DNA of 57,107 nt, filler included, from Sphacelaria rigidula (taxonomy: Eukaryota): the NCBI GenBank assembly GCA_964200075.2. It is 7 parts of 7 records of this genome, joined end to end, with 100 filler letters (N's around TTAATTAATTAA, not from the genome) between each part and the next. Parts side by side here need not be neighbours in the genome. Positions count along the whole stretch, not along the records: positions 32,693 to 40,764 come from CAXNAA020012405.1; positions 40,865 to 48,936 come from CAXNAA020012406.1; positions 49,037 to 57,107 come from CAXNAA020012407.1; 4 more parts are not named here. One strand, 5' to 3'. Under the pieces are notes generated by a model. The model had not been told where the DNA came from. It saw nothing but the letters and a program-made list of their open reading frames with translations, and ran no database searches. Position 1 is the stretch's first letter. Each line of letters begins with the position of its first letter. Position numbers and translations under genes: made by a program. Below are positions 36,826 to 49,087 of this stretch, piece after piece.

Positions 36826-37689
36826 GTACAGCCTGGTCGTAGCTTTGAGTTCTTATTTCGTCCTTGAGTGCCGGGACGGTTGTACTGATGTAGGCGTTTG
36901 GAACTAGTACGTACTGCATTAAGGGGGAGTGTGAAGGGTTGAGAGTTATACTTGCGTAGAGGGGGAGTGTTAGAAAATGAGACTATGGAGCCATGCTCTT
37001 CAACGCTTCGTGTGGTATTGACTTTATATATTTATATATATATGTAGTGTTGGGATCGCAGGTACCGGTCACGAAGGTTTGGTCTGATGTGGGGGCGTAT
37101 AATGTGGGATAGCAGTTGTTATACATGAAGTACTCTTCTCTTTGACCGTGTACCCCGGTGGGTTGTTTGTTTTGTCTTGCCCACAAGCGGCACCTTGAGC
37201 ACTATATCTTCTGTCTACACTCCGAAGCAGTCTGTCTGCTTGCTTGGCTTAACCGCCATTGCGCCAACTCTAGCGACCACGACAAAGGGGTTCCGAGTGA
37301 ATCCACCAACACTATATGCTGTTCATTTTCTAGTCTTCTGCGAGCGTTCATCCCTAACTGGGCGAAGATTGACGATGACGCCTGAAAGATCCGTGCGGTC
37401 TGCGAGCCTGACCGAAGTTGTACATACTCTAGTCGTCATCAGACAGGATGTGGTGAAAAAACGAAGAATCTGATGAGAATGGTATCCACCGTTTCAATGC
37501 AGATCGGGCCATCAGCGCCTTGTGCAGCCACAGCTGCGGCTCTGACACCTTGCTGTAGTTCAGATCAACACATCCTCCAAGTTTCGGCGTCGTGACAAGC
37601 AAGGTGCGGGTTTTCTTGGCGCCTGACCTTCAAAAGCACAGCCTCCATATTATCGATAAGGAACAACAACACTCACTGCGAGAGACCTT

Positions 37690-38020
37690 ACACATGATAG
37701 CCGTCGTTACCCACGGTCACTTGCTCGGGGGTATCATCTTTACTCAGATCTTAGAAGATGAAAATATTATATGCACAGAGTTTAAACGTGAAATCGTTAT
37801 CCAGCACCGGCACTTGTTCGGGGACATATTCGTTTATCTGACCCTCGCAGATGACAAAAACATCAGCAGGTGATCTGACACATGACACAATGAATGTCCA
37901 CACCAGTTGCTCGAGGAGACCATTTTTGGTTCGACCCTGGCAGATGAACCGGTATGATCCAGTGACTATACACATGACATTCGTTCCCCATCACCAGCAC
38001 TTTCCCGGGAACGTCATCGG
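37690..38020 (-). repeat. Four degenerate ~93-bp tandem units, probably coding (~31-aa repeat), in a decayed gene
   Basis: Units at ~37690, 37784, 37878 and 37970. Minus-strand peptides DDVPGKVLVMGNECHV / EYVPEQVPVLDNDFTF / DDTPEQVTVGNDGYHV. Confidence 0.6.
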
Positions 38021-38076
38021 GAACCCTCATCAACCGTTCAACTGCACTCTCCCTTCCCACTATTCTGTAAATATAT

Positions 38077-38330
38077 GGGGGGCGTACTCATTTGTTGCGT
38101 GCCTTAGTCGTTTGACCATTGACCACGCATCCCTTTCGAGACGGAGCACCGTTCCTACTCCTAATAGATACCTCCAACATTCCGGCTCATTACGTTTCTT
38201 CCATAAATTTCACAAAAACATTTGACATATCGTATCTCCGTCCTGTTTCGCCGTCTGTGGCCACCATCTGTCTCCTAGTATCACCATCGTTTTCTCGCTT
38301 CTGTCTAATGCATCAAACGATTTCGAGGTA
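38077..38330 (-). mobile_element. 3' fragment of the C-tailed LINE family
   Basis: Minus strand ILGDRWWPQTAKQD...EVSIRSRNGAPSRKGCVVNGQTTKARNK* followed by GTACGCCCCCC. Confidence 0.85.
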
Positions 38331-38559
38331 GAGGAGGAGAGGAGGCTATTACCGCTACCAATAACAGGGCGCAAAATGACCAGACATCTTACTTGATTTC
38401 CGAAACCCGCTACGACAAGCCCTGCACGCCTTTAGCCGAACATCTATCTGGTGAAGTCTTGACTTGGATTTTGGAAATAATTTCCCCAGTGCGGACTGAT
38501 GAAAAAAAACTAGCCGACTGTTGAGTGGCTGGCCCCAAGAACCTTTCCGCTATGTGTCA

Positions 38560-38950
38560 ATACTTCCTCGCTCGTCGCTGGGGATCTCCCCGAGTACCAA
38601 CGCCCAGTCTGAAAAACTGGAGTAAGTCTTCCGACCCGTGAACGGGAACAACTGCGATGCCACGCCGGTTGTGTAGCGATCAAGGAATGAGGTTGAAAGC
38701 TTGAAGCCAGGATGCGCACAGCACTACATGTACGCTGTTCTGTGATCTAATGCTGGCGATACAACATCACGCACACCGAAACATAGCTCGTGGGTGACTA
38801 AGCACGGTGTACTTTCCTCGGGGGTCGGGTCGGATCCAAGAAAAAGTGACGGAGAACCCGCGTGTTCACTAGCCGCGACATTCAAAACAATGCGGACGCT
38901 ACGCAAACACGCTCCACCTTGAATTTCCCGCGCCCTGGTATCCTTCATCG
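38560..38950 (-). pseudogene. Possible tyrosine-recombinase (DIRS/Ngaro-type) remnant
   Basis: FQPHSL...(~25 aa)...QTGRWYS resembles the HSLRxGGA...GRWxS box, but the catalytic R is not retained. Confidence 0.3.
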
Positions 38951-41058
38951 CCTACATTCGATTGGCTAAATTGATCCGATTGATTCGTTTCCCGTCCAGT
39001 GATCCCCGGCGGGTCTCGCCTCGATCACAAGATGGACGTACCCAAGGTAAACAACACGGAAACATTCCCGGAAGGGATCTCGAGAAGCCGAAGAGGAAAA
39101 AGTCAAACACAGAGTATCCGGTGCTGAACCGATTTCCATGAACTGAAGTTATTTTCGTAAGAAAGGGATATCGTCAGATCAAGGGTGCCTGTGTTGGGGC
39201 GCCCCACATGTGCCGACAAGCGCGCCTGTACAACGTGGAAACTCTATTTTATTTGCATGAACTGGTGGAACTTTGAGTAATCCTTCCCTATGGAGCGTGA
39301 GCTAGGCCTTGACGTACCCTTGCTCGGTCAAGTTACCGTTCGTTCCTGCGGTCTGTCTTCGGTGTGACCCCAGCCCTACCCGGGAAAAAAAAGCGAAATT
39401 ATCTGCTCAAAATTTGTTTGGCACAGGGCCCACAGGCAGGGGCAAGAGATGTGAGTGGCAAGGTTTTCGACCAATCAGAGCCCTTCAATATATGAAAATG
39501 CGGCGAACTGTCACGGATCAGATGAGAAAAACGGGTGGCATATGAGTGACAAAATAGCTTTGATTGGCCCACACATTGCGCCGCCGCGAGGCAGGTAGCC
39601 GCCTGCGACCATCAATCGCTGGGGATACAGAAGGTCCATGCTGGCTCAGTTTGTGTGCCCCAACCTGCACGCACCCGCCTTGCGTGTCTCCCCCCATCAC
39701 AGCACCCGACTAGAACTGAAGTATCAAAGAAGACGCAACAGTCAGCTGTCAGCCGTCCCGTGAATGTTGTTCGTCAGCCGTCCCGTGATTGTTGTTACTT
39801 TGTATAGATAGCACTTTGATCTCACCCCAATTCTGTGCAGGCCGAAATACGGCATACAGCAGTACAATCGTTCAGGCACTCTCCAGCGCACATCACACCA
39901 TGTTCGTCGTAGAGTGTTCAAATGCACAACAGCACAGCGACAACTACAGCATAGAAATGATGGGTGTGGGGAGGACCTTGTTCGTTTCACGGGAAGACAC
40001 GACGAAGTCTTCAACAGTGTGTCGACAGCACTGCGCGCCGACTAATATAAACTTCTACAGAGACGAGCGCAATTACAAAAAAGAAACTCAGCAGTTCCAG
40101 CGGAGACCAAACCGTCTTCGCAAAGGTCTCAACACACCACAGCACGGTGAAAGCTACTGCACATGAGAGAGGGCGTCAGTGCGTTTGTGCCGCAGCACAG
40201 GGAAACAAGACATGCCCCATGTGATAGTTTCCCTGATTTCAGGCGGGTCCTAAATTTTTGCAGAGTGCCGACTTTTTCTCATTCCCTTTGGGTTACCCCT
40301 ATCTGTGAGAGGTGAGCCCAAAAATTGGGTTCAGATCAACCTCTCGCATCTTCAGCAGGAAGGAGCCAACGTAGCGACTAGGGCTGGCGCGAGGCTGGAG
40401 CTGGCTGAGGACAACATCCCAGCCCCGTGACGACATTTGAAAACCTTCATTCTCCTCGAGAAGTACAGGCGTCGATGCCCAACATCATAGCATCAAGGTG
40501 GGTCATCATTTGAAGTTCTTCTCCAGGGATTTTAGTATTCTTCCAACGGAAGCTGTCGGGAGGGCCAAGGTTTCGTTTGTTTCAAAAAACTAGATTAAAG
40601 CACACATACCACGGGGGTGCTATGATGCGTCATCTTCTTCAGCGGCATGTGCGCACCTGAGATACACAACAGACAATAGCTACATGATATAAGACCCACT
40701 TTTATGGCAAACGAATCCCGATTTTTTTGGACCCTGATTTTGAAAAAATCGGGGGGACTCAAATNNNNNNNNNNNNNNNNNNNNNNNNNNNNNNNNNNNN
40801 NNNNNNNNTTAATTAATTAANNNNNNNNNNNNNNNNNNNNNNNNNNNNNNNNNNNNNNNNNNNNATTGGAATAGTAATCGTAGCGTACTCTCGCATATTT
40901 TTATAAGTCGTGTTTTGGATGAGATAAGGGGCTCCTAACAATTCTAATCTCAGAAATTATTTCTGTACCCCTACCGTGGCATCACTCTTCGGAACCATGT
41001 TGGCGTCCGTTCGGACGCCCGAAATTCTCAAGAAGTGCTTTTTCACCTGTGGCTCCAA

Positions 41059-41502
41059 CATTTCGGTGATCAAAATCCAAATTTCTATGGCATGTAGCAG
41101 TCGTCAGTAGCGATCAGTAGGTGAAGAAATGGAACCATATTTCGAAGATTTGGTGTGGATACGAAGAATTTAATTCTCCGGGTTTCTTATCCCCAATAAA
41201 TGATCCATCCCAAATTTGTAAGATCCCGTGTTCGACAACTGAAACCAAGGCCAGTAAGACTGGGGAGTCCCTCAATAGCAGTGATCCAACAGTGCTCCCA
41301 CTGGCTGGCGTCACAGACCCCATCATTTCGGTTGTTCAAATCCAAATTTGTACTGCGTGCAGCAGTTGTCAATAGCTGCGAGCAAGTGAGGAAATGGAAC
41401 CATATTTCGAGTACCTGGTGTGGATACCATGATATGAATTCTACAGGTTTTCATCCCTAATGAAAAATCCATCCCAAATTGGTAAAATCCCGTCTTCGAC
41501 GA
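41059..41502. repeat. Diverged tandem duplication, period ~264 bp
   Basis: CATTTCGGT..AAATCCAAATTT...GAAATGGAACCATATTTCGA...TGGTGTGGATAC...ATCCATCCCAAATT occurs at ~41059 and ~41323. Confidence 0.85.
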
Positions 41503-41580
41503 GATATTACTCCGAGAGCTTCAACCCGTTTCTAGGCTTGACCAGCCTGTGGTGTGGCCGAGAGCCCGATCAGATCACAC

Positions 41581-41930
41581 CGGTGGCGCAGGTGATGAAT
41601 GACCTCAACACCTTCCAACAGTTGGGTCGTGGGTTCGAATCTCGGTAAAGTCACACACGGTCTGGGATTTTTTCCCGCGCCATGTGCAACAGTGGTGAGC
41701 GACCATGCCGTGCGTATACAAAAATTCGACTTGACGGTCGAGGAGTGAACGGGACAGCTGAAACCCTCTCACGGTAAGAAAAAAGGCAGGCGCGGCAGAA
41801 AAATGATCGAATACTGAAATAAATGAAGAAAAAAAAAATCCTGGGTGACTCCGTTGATGCGCCCACATTAACCGAAATATGTCAACTGGCGTCCAGAATA
41901 GATTGAATGACAATACAGTACACACACACT
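41581..41930 (+). mobile_element. tRNA-derived SINE (near full length)
   Basis: A-box-like GGTGGCGCAGGTGA and B box GGGTTCGAATCT. The body is shared with the 880-1030 copy and ends in a (CA)n-like tail. Confidence 0.7.
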
Positions 41931-43959
41931 CGAAGACACACGTGCGTGCGGCATTCTAGTTGATACTACAAGTACTGCTACTACGGTCTACGTGGGAGTT
42001 CACTAACGTACTACGTACCAGGAGTACTCTGAAAACTCAACTATAGCATCGAACCATCTTGACAAGTCATTGGAGAGCACTGCAAAGTCACCTAAACTTT
42101 TCTCGGCGGAAAGATCGAACGACGTTTTAGCACATTGACGTGTCCTCTAACAACGTTGGATTTGGAACCAGTTGCGTAGGCGCCATCACTCATATACAAC
42201 CAACACAGACAAGTACTTGCACGCCAATGCCATGTACCTGCCCATGACGAACTTATCGCGACGATCAGCTCAGATGTGCTTTCGGATCGCGCGAAAATAT
42301 CCGAGTTACCTGACCATCAAATTGGAGTATTACCTTGTAGACGGTTACCGATCGGCGGTACAGTTTTGCTTGCAGTTCTCAAACTGTGTCGAATCTCTTT
42401 AGACAGCGATGCATCATAGGTACGTTGCGTAGCAAGGTGTGCTTCACATGTTCCGTTGAACTGCACCATTGGGGTTATTGGCACACGCCCAGGGGTTGGA
42501 CAGGATCGTGACTTTCTCATCACTTCTTCACCAACCCACCGCCTTGTGGCGGAGCTGCGCAATTCTGCAATGCAGATGGTACATAAACCATGCAAGATAT
42601 AACAAAAACTAAGAGGTTACTCATGACACCCCCCATCAGATCGGGGTGTGCGGAGTAGGACGGTTACGAGCCATCTTTACCAAAAGTACTAGACTCCTAC
42701 CGTAGTAAAAGTCGTACAGCTTGTCAAAATAAGCCAGACATGATAACCTTGAGAATTTGAACACAACCCTCTCTCAACAGCACGGAAATACCTCACAGGG
42801 AAGAGGAACATGTACATCATGGACAACGGAAGAAGCGGCGAACAGGGAAAATAGCAGCAAAGCCCAGGTGGAACGAAGGCCTTGGAAAATAGCAGTGTTC
42901 CTCCGAGTGAAGGTCAACGCGTGCCCCCAATCGCTTGATGGCGTGTGATGTGTCTACAGGTACAGTAAGTCAGCTTCAAGGGGTACTCACAGCACATCGT
43001 CGTATAGAAGAATAGTGCGGTGTAGTGTAAGCCTGTAGTCAACAGCCCAAGACTATGTACCACACAAGGATGAGGATATGAAATGAGGACAGTGAGACAA
43101 GGAGAAGACGCAACAACGCCAGATGTCACCCGTCACATGTCCCCTGTCACCCGTGGGACCAACGCTGTCAAAAGATGCGATGTACGATATACGATACGCA
43201 CATGTTGGCCGGACCAACATGTTGGCATCACCTGCACTACTAGCAGGTATGTTGTGAAGAAAATGTTGGTGGCATTTCTTCTGTCCACATCAAGAAGCAC
43301 TAGTACAACATTCCGTACCACTAGTACCACACTGTGTACTTGAAACACACACATTACCCGCGCCCGACCCACGCCCTCATACAAGTCAACACGATTTCGT
43401 GCTTCAGGACAAACCACGAGTCACGATGACATACATACGTACGTGAAACATCATGCCCCATACCCGCCGACCCTCCGCCACCCTCCCTCTGCCGTCCCCA
43501 CGACAGCCCTATGCCGTGGTAGGCCAAGGCCTTCGTTCGGACACGAGAGGAGCTGCTGCGAAGTGAAACAGCACATCACACCCTTGGTCGCCCACTTGGC
43601 CCAACGAATACATCATGCCGCGCCAAAAGTACAGTAGGCCAGGCTGTGTTCCTATACAAGGGTAATCTTGGAAAACACACTCAACCTACTGATTAAACCA
43701 ACGTCAACAACTGAAATGAAAACATTCCCCGCTACGAGTATAGCACCAAACAAGGTAACAATTACACGACACGTCGACCCAGTGGATGACCCATAACCCT
43801 GCAGCACCTTTTTTTCATCCTAAGGGATACAACACACACAGATTTTTTACTCAAGGTACCAAAATTCACCCGGCGATCAAGGGACCCGAGAACTATGTTA
43901 CTTGTTATACGCAAAATTGCACACGTGCCTGTACTTGTCTAGTAAAGTATCTAGGTGAA

Positions 43960-46900
43960 TTAGAGGTCGCCGTCGCCCATATCTTCCATGAGACGGCGGG
44001 CGTTCTTCTTTACCCGGAATTTGTAGGCAGCCAAACCAGCGATGACGGCAAGTGTGACTCCGAGAGCGATCGAGAGACCGATGATCACGCTTTGGTTGCC
44101 TGAACTGTCGCTGTCGACGCTTCTCTCAGTAGACGCGCTGCAGTATAGGGTAGCAGCATAGGGTAACATCCACACAATGAGCATGAGTACAAATGCCACG
44201 AAAAGAATACAGAATGTTGTATGTTGAATGCTGACGTTGAATGGTGAATGATATATGATTAATGATGAATGTTGGCATGTGGTGGATGGTTGGCGGAGCT
44301 TCCCACCTACCTAGCTTCCCGTTGCACAAAATGGTTCTTCGTACATGGTGGCCGCTTGACCCGCTTCCCTGTCAAAACGCTCACCTTGGACGGTCGATAT
44401 AAAACAATTTGTACTCTGCTGGTGGATACCGGCGTACTAGAATAGGCGTCGACGACAAACTCGGGGTCGCAAAGACCAATAAACGTCCGAGCAATCAGTT
44501 TTCAACAGCCACCTCCAACGACTGACGAGACACACCAGACTCGTGCTCAAACTGCCTTCAGGGTTAGGGTTGGGGTGGAAACACGTCCAAACCCACCTTT
44601 TCGTGACACTTACACTTGCCAAAATGGTTTACAGTAACCTGCATATATACTTACTCTGCGTCGTCGTCGGCGGCGCCACCATCGGTATCCTGCTTGGTTC
44701 CATCCATGGTACACACGTTGCACTTTTGGTCCCCCGTGTAAGATACATCCGTGCCGTTGTACAAAATCTCACACCAGTAGGGCTCGTTGGAAAAGCAGAA
44801 GATGTCTTTCAACCCGGCTCCCGAATTCTGCGAAATACAGGAACAGGCACCATCACAATGAGGAAACCGAATACAGAAAAAAAAAAGAGTTCGCTCAAGG
44901 AGGCTCACACCGAGTCACGAACATTTGAAAAGCATCAAAATTGTCATCGATTGCTCCATGAGGCACGACTCAACCATGCTGCTACGGGACAGGACCATGC
45001 TCCACCACTGCGCTGCATCCTTGCGAGTTTCGTCACTCGCGTAGTTTCCTTATCCGGAGTCTCCTTTTCTCATCTCTCAATTTATGTTTCCCATGTGTCC
45101 CTTCCTTTCTCTCCCCCTTCCCAGCGCATGGAAGAAAAGTGACAGTTTGTTACCTCGCTTCCGTAGGGTTCGGATGATAGCTTCATACCCACAACAGTGA
45201 GGTGGAAAAAGACGAGCCGCGATCTGTTCCTACGGCTCTTTGATTTCTCCATCGGGTATGAGCGCACGAATGTGAGTGTGTGCTTTTGCAGCAGACCTTT
45301 TCCACCCAAGCCATGTTGCGGAGGTCGGCCTCTTCCATTTTTGTATTCGTTTTTATTTGTTCTGGTTTTATTTGTTCTAGTCGTCTCCGTTGTTGGTCTG
45401 TTCCGCCTTTCTCTTCACTTCACTTTTCTTTTCTTGGGCGAGTGTATCCGTCTTCTCTTGTTTGTTTGTTTTTTCCACCTCGAAGACGTGCATCTGGCAA
45501 GCATGACTCAATCCCTGGAGGGATCGGTTAATTTGCTACATTCGATCAATCAATTTATCGAACCGCACCACCCCACGCCAGCCCCCGTAATCAATCTGAT
45601 AAAACTCTGAAGGGCGGCCTGAACAGAACAATGACAGATACCACAACTCTTGGACTTCCAGCTCTGTCACGTTACTACTTGACCAATATACTTCAAAGTC
45701 CCCGCAGTAGCCTTGGCGAACAACACTTGACTGGACAGGTACCACATCAATTCCATTTGTTCAAGCGCTCTTCTTCACTTGATATTTACTTTATCTCTCC
45801 TTCATTGTCTCGAAACGACTGGGCCTTCAAAACATTTACATGTCACGCTGTGACACTTTGTCGTTCAAATTTTCCATTTGGTAGGATAAAATATCCTCTA
45901 CAGAAACAGTAGCAACGATTGGGGTAACCTCGGCGGAAGGGGAACGAACCAGCAGCAGGCCCACCGTGGACGCCGACGTGTAGTGTAGTGTAGGATTGAT
46001 GCATTGTGATCGACATACTCCGACAAAGTGTGGGTAATGATGAACGATGAGAGCCCCCTGATAGCAACCTCATCAAGTCAAGTGTACCTCCTTCTCGACT
46101 TATTATGTACTATACGATGTACTACACTACAGTCCAAGGCATGTACCATACTACGTATGCATGTACCACAGTGTACCCACTACGAAAAGGGGATATACTC
46201 CTACAAAGCACTTGGTAAGATGGTCCTTACCCCTGATGAGCCGGTGCTAGTGATCACCAAGGCGGCTCCCTGTTCGTCGTCTCCGTTGGCATACTCCGTA
46301 GAAGGGTCCGAGTTCTTGTTGAACTGCACACTGTTGAGCTGAAGAAAAAGACAACAATACCACAACACGAAACAAGGCACCGAGACGCGAGTTGGGGAAA
46401 ATTAAAGGCCAGGCCACTCGCACGACCAAGCTTGCAGGTGACGGTTTCTGCCAGCTTCTCTGACACAGCCTCTGCTGCACACAAGTCAAGCCTAGCGGTC
46501 GGTGGCGGTGTACTCTTGTCGTTATGTGCAAGTGAGGGAGAAGCAGGAGTGCGCGGGGGAGAGCGGGGGGAGGATAGGTACGCAAAGCGGGATTCATTCC
46601 CGTATTGATTCTATTGCACAGAGCAGATCACGAGGCCCAACAAAAACTTGGGAAATGTGTGTTGAGTACATTCATTGATGAGTGTGATACGGTTGGAGTC
46701 AAAAACTGTTGCTCGTCCGCAGTCGTCACGTGCTCACGTCGAGAAAGTGGTCGCCGGTGGAAGACTCGAAGAGCATCGCAGTACCCTGGCTGTTCTCGAA
46801 GATGGTGTCGGACACGGAGGCCGTGGTGTCGAAGATGGACAAAGAGCCACCCTTTCCTCCGAACGCATATGCCTGGCATCCCGAAAACTCGCATCCATCA

Positions 46901-48381
46901 ACCTCCAGGTCAGAGGAACATTCATCAGTGTCTGGTAGGCCGCTCGTCACGGCTCCGTAGTTGCCCTGCATGATGAATGCGCAATCGTCACGACACGTGC
47001 AGGGCAAGAAAAGCGCGTCAGAAAGGAAACTCGAATGCTCGTGTACTGTAGTGCGGTCGTAGTCCAAGATATGCGGATGCTCAATAAGGCAGTGTACTGA
47101 AACAACCAACAAAGGTGCGCATCGACTGCCATCGTGTCGTGCCAACCCTAGAAATCCCAAATGATATCAGATGCGCATCTGATGTAACACCGGGAGCAGC
47201 CAACGTCCCAGCGTATCTGCACTATCCACGATGATTCCTCGATCATGGAACAGATCCACTGTGAGCGCTGTCAGCGTGGCCCGGAAGATCCCAACGGACA
47301 CCACGGCGCCAGGGCGATTGGTGCGGACAAGGACGTGGTGCAAAACTGACTTGTACTGGAGATCCAGATTCGGTCCCCCGCATTGAACACGAACACGTTT
47401 ATCGTATTTTTGTATCTTGTGCTCACCGAGGTCGACGACGTTTCGAGGTTGGTGAAGAAGCAGTTCCGGATGGAAGCACCGCAGCACCAGATTCCTGCTC
47501 CCGCATAGGTAGCCGAGCTGCCACTGAAGTTGGAGGTCTTCACAGTCAGCTGCACGCCCACCTCGGCGTAGACATCTCCCCCACGACCACTGGTCTCGTC
47601 ACCGTCACTGTCCACCTTCGCGATACAACACAACACAACAACATTGAGTACACCACGCGCGTCAGCGAACCCAGGTGCCTTGAGGATGGTACCTCAAAGA
47701 ACAGGGATAGCCTGAGGCAGTTTGTGTAACGCAGGAAATTCCGTCGAAGTTGCAGGTGAACGTCACAACCAAATCTCAAATACAGCAGCCGATATCTTTC
47801 TCGCACTACGGACAAAAATATTTCCACCAGCCCCGACAACATGTTTGCATTTTTTGACAAGCCCGCCATGTGCAGCGTTTCCACCTGGTTGATCACGAAA
47901 CGCTTGGAAACGGGGCCAATCTTGATCATTCTATAACAGCAACACAGTGCTCGTCACAATGCCCTGCCAGTACGCACAACTCGAGCAGGCGAATATACAG
48001 CTTTGCATGTACAACGCTGTAAGTGGTGACTTCAACTCTCCCATACGAAGGCGTCCATGCCCAGTACTGCAGTAATGGACAGTAGCGGGCGAGCAAACAA
48101 GACGGAGTAGTTGGTATGAGAATAAACTTGGGATTCGTGCACAATTTTGCGCTGTAGAATTCGACGTATCTATCCCCTCTCACAACCCCAATCATGCTGC
48201 CGTTGCTCGCTAGAGGTCAAGTTGCTCCTTTCCTCACCTCGTTCTGGGAGAACACGGAGTCCGATATGTCCAGGATGTCGGTGCCCGCTGCGCAAATAGC
48301 ACCGCCGTATTGTGACGCCAAGTTGGACTTGAAGGTAGAGCTCGAAATGGTGATCGAGTTCGCGTCCGTGTTGGTGTAGAT
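43960..48381 (-). CDS. Single-pass membrane protein with polymorphic-membrane-protein-like/parallel beta-helix repeats, 5'-partial. Exons 48381-48238, 47615-47427, 46965-46738, 46338-46231, 44827-44655, 44137-43960 (~339 aa visible)
   Basis: All introns GT-AG and in frame (phases 0,0,0,0,2). Motifs STFKSNLASQYGGAI, FSQN, GRGGDVY, GGKGGSL, IFENS. Cys-rich stalk, TM helix VIIGLSIALGVTLAVIAGLAAY, basic stop-transfer KFRVKK, TAA stop. Confidence 0.9.
45170..45930 (-). mobile_element. Intronic repeat, probably a decayed LINE 3' end; related copy at ~52740-52960 (+)
   Basis: GTAGGAACAGAT..GG...GGGTATGAAGC and AAAAGCA are shared between the two loci. Decayed coding-like sequence lies upstream. Confidence 0.45.
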
Positions 48382-48598
48382 CTGTTAAAAAAAAATGAGA
48401 TATTCCATCCAACATCTTGTGTTACACGACCGGTACCGTAAAAAATGCGTTAGTTTAGGTTCAAAGCCGCCTAGGCTTGGGATCATCACTCGACGCGTAC
48501 ATGGTTTCGTTTTTCTGTCCCGACTCGGCTTTACCCGTAATTGTTGTACAGGCTGGGCCAGCCGATAGTGATTTTTCAAAGTATTACAACCTTAACTT

Positions 48599-48936
48599 CC
48601 CTTCCTCCTGGCCTGCTCCCTGCGGGGGTGGGCCGAGGACCGCTAGTGATCTTAAACCACACACACAAAGACCACCAAACCAACGAAAGCGGAGCAAGGA
48701 AAGGTAAGGGACACGAACCCTAGCATCGTGTCGACGTGGGCTCTGAGGTTTGGGGCGATAGGAAATACAGGGGTCGTGAGACACAGTGTAACTCATATCG
48801 CACTAAATTTTTCAGATACCACCCCCTTCCCCCGACTGCCCATACTGGGGTGGGCAGAAGTCCACCTGTGATCTTAGACCACCATTCAAAGATCAGTCAA
48901 CGACGGTGGAGACACGAGTACGAACCTCGTATCGAC
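48599..48936. repeat. Diverged direct duplication, period ~224 bp
   Basis: CCCTTCC...CTGC...GGGGTGGGC.GA...GTGATCTTA.ACCAC...CAAAGA...CAACGA...ACGAACC...TCGAC occurs twice. Confidence 0.6.
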
Positions 48937-49036
48937 NNNNNNNNNNNNNNNNNNNNNNNNNNNNNNNNNNNNNNNNNNNNTTAATTAATTAANNNNNNNN
49001 NNNNNNNNNNNNNNNNNNNNNNNNNNNNNNNNNNNN

Positions 49037-49087
49037 AGTCAAACGACTAAGGCAAGCAACAAATGAGTACGCCCCCTCCCCCCCCCC
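49037..49087 (+). mobile_element. 3' terminus of the C-tailed LINE family at contig start
   Basis: GTCAAACGACTAAGGCAAGCAACAAATGAGTACGCCCCCTCCCCCCCCC. Confidence 0.85.

Larger units (their letters stand above)
34151..37311 (+). mobile_element. Internally deleted Ty1/copia element 2 (3.16 kb)
   Basis: LTRs 34151-34483 and 36968-37311 (TGTT...AACA, clearly homologous but diverged). PBS-like GGTTTTTTGAGCC after LTR1, PPT AGAGGGGGAG before LTR2. Gag ~35208-35805 is fused to the RT C-half. Confidence 0.95.

Noticed and set aside
40380..40660. hAT dimerisation-domain remnant (LALPTASVGRILKSL)
   Set aside because: The key ER.FS motif is absent and the match is too short to support.
41581..41655. 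tRNA gene (also 955-1025)
   Set aside because: Only A/B boxes are present, with no acceptor stem or cloverleaf. Shared downstream body indicates a SINE.
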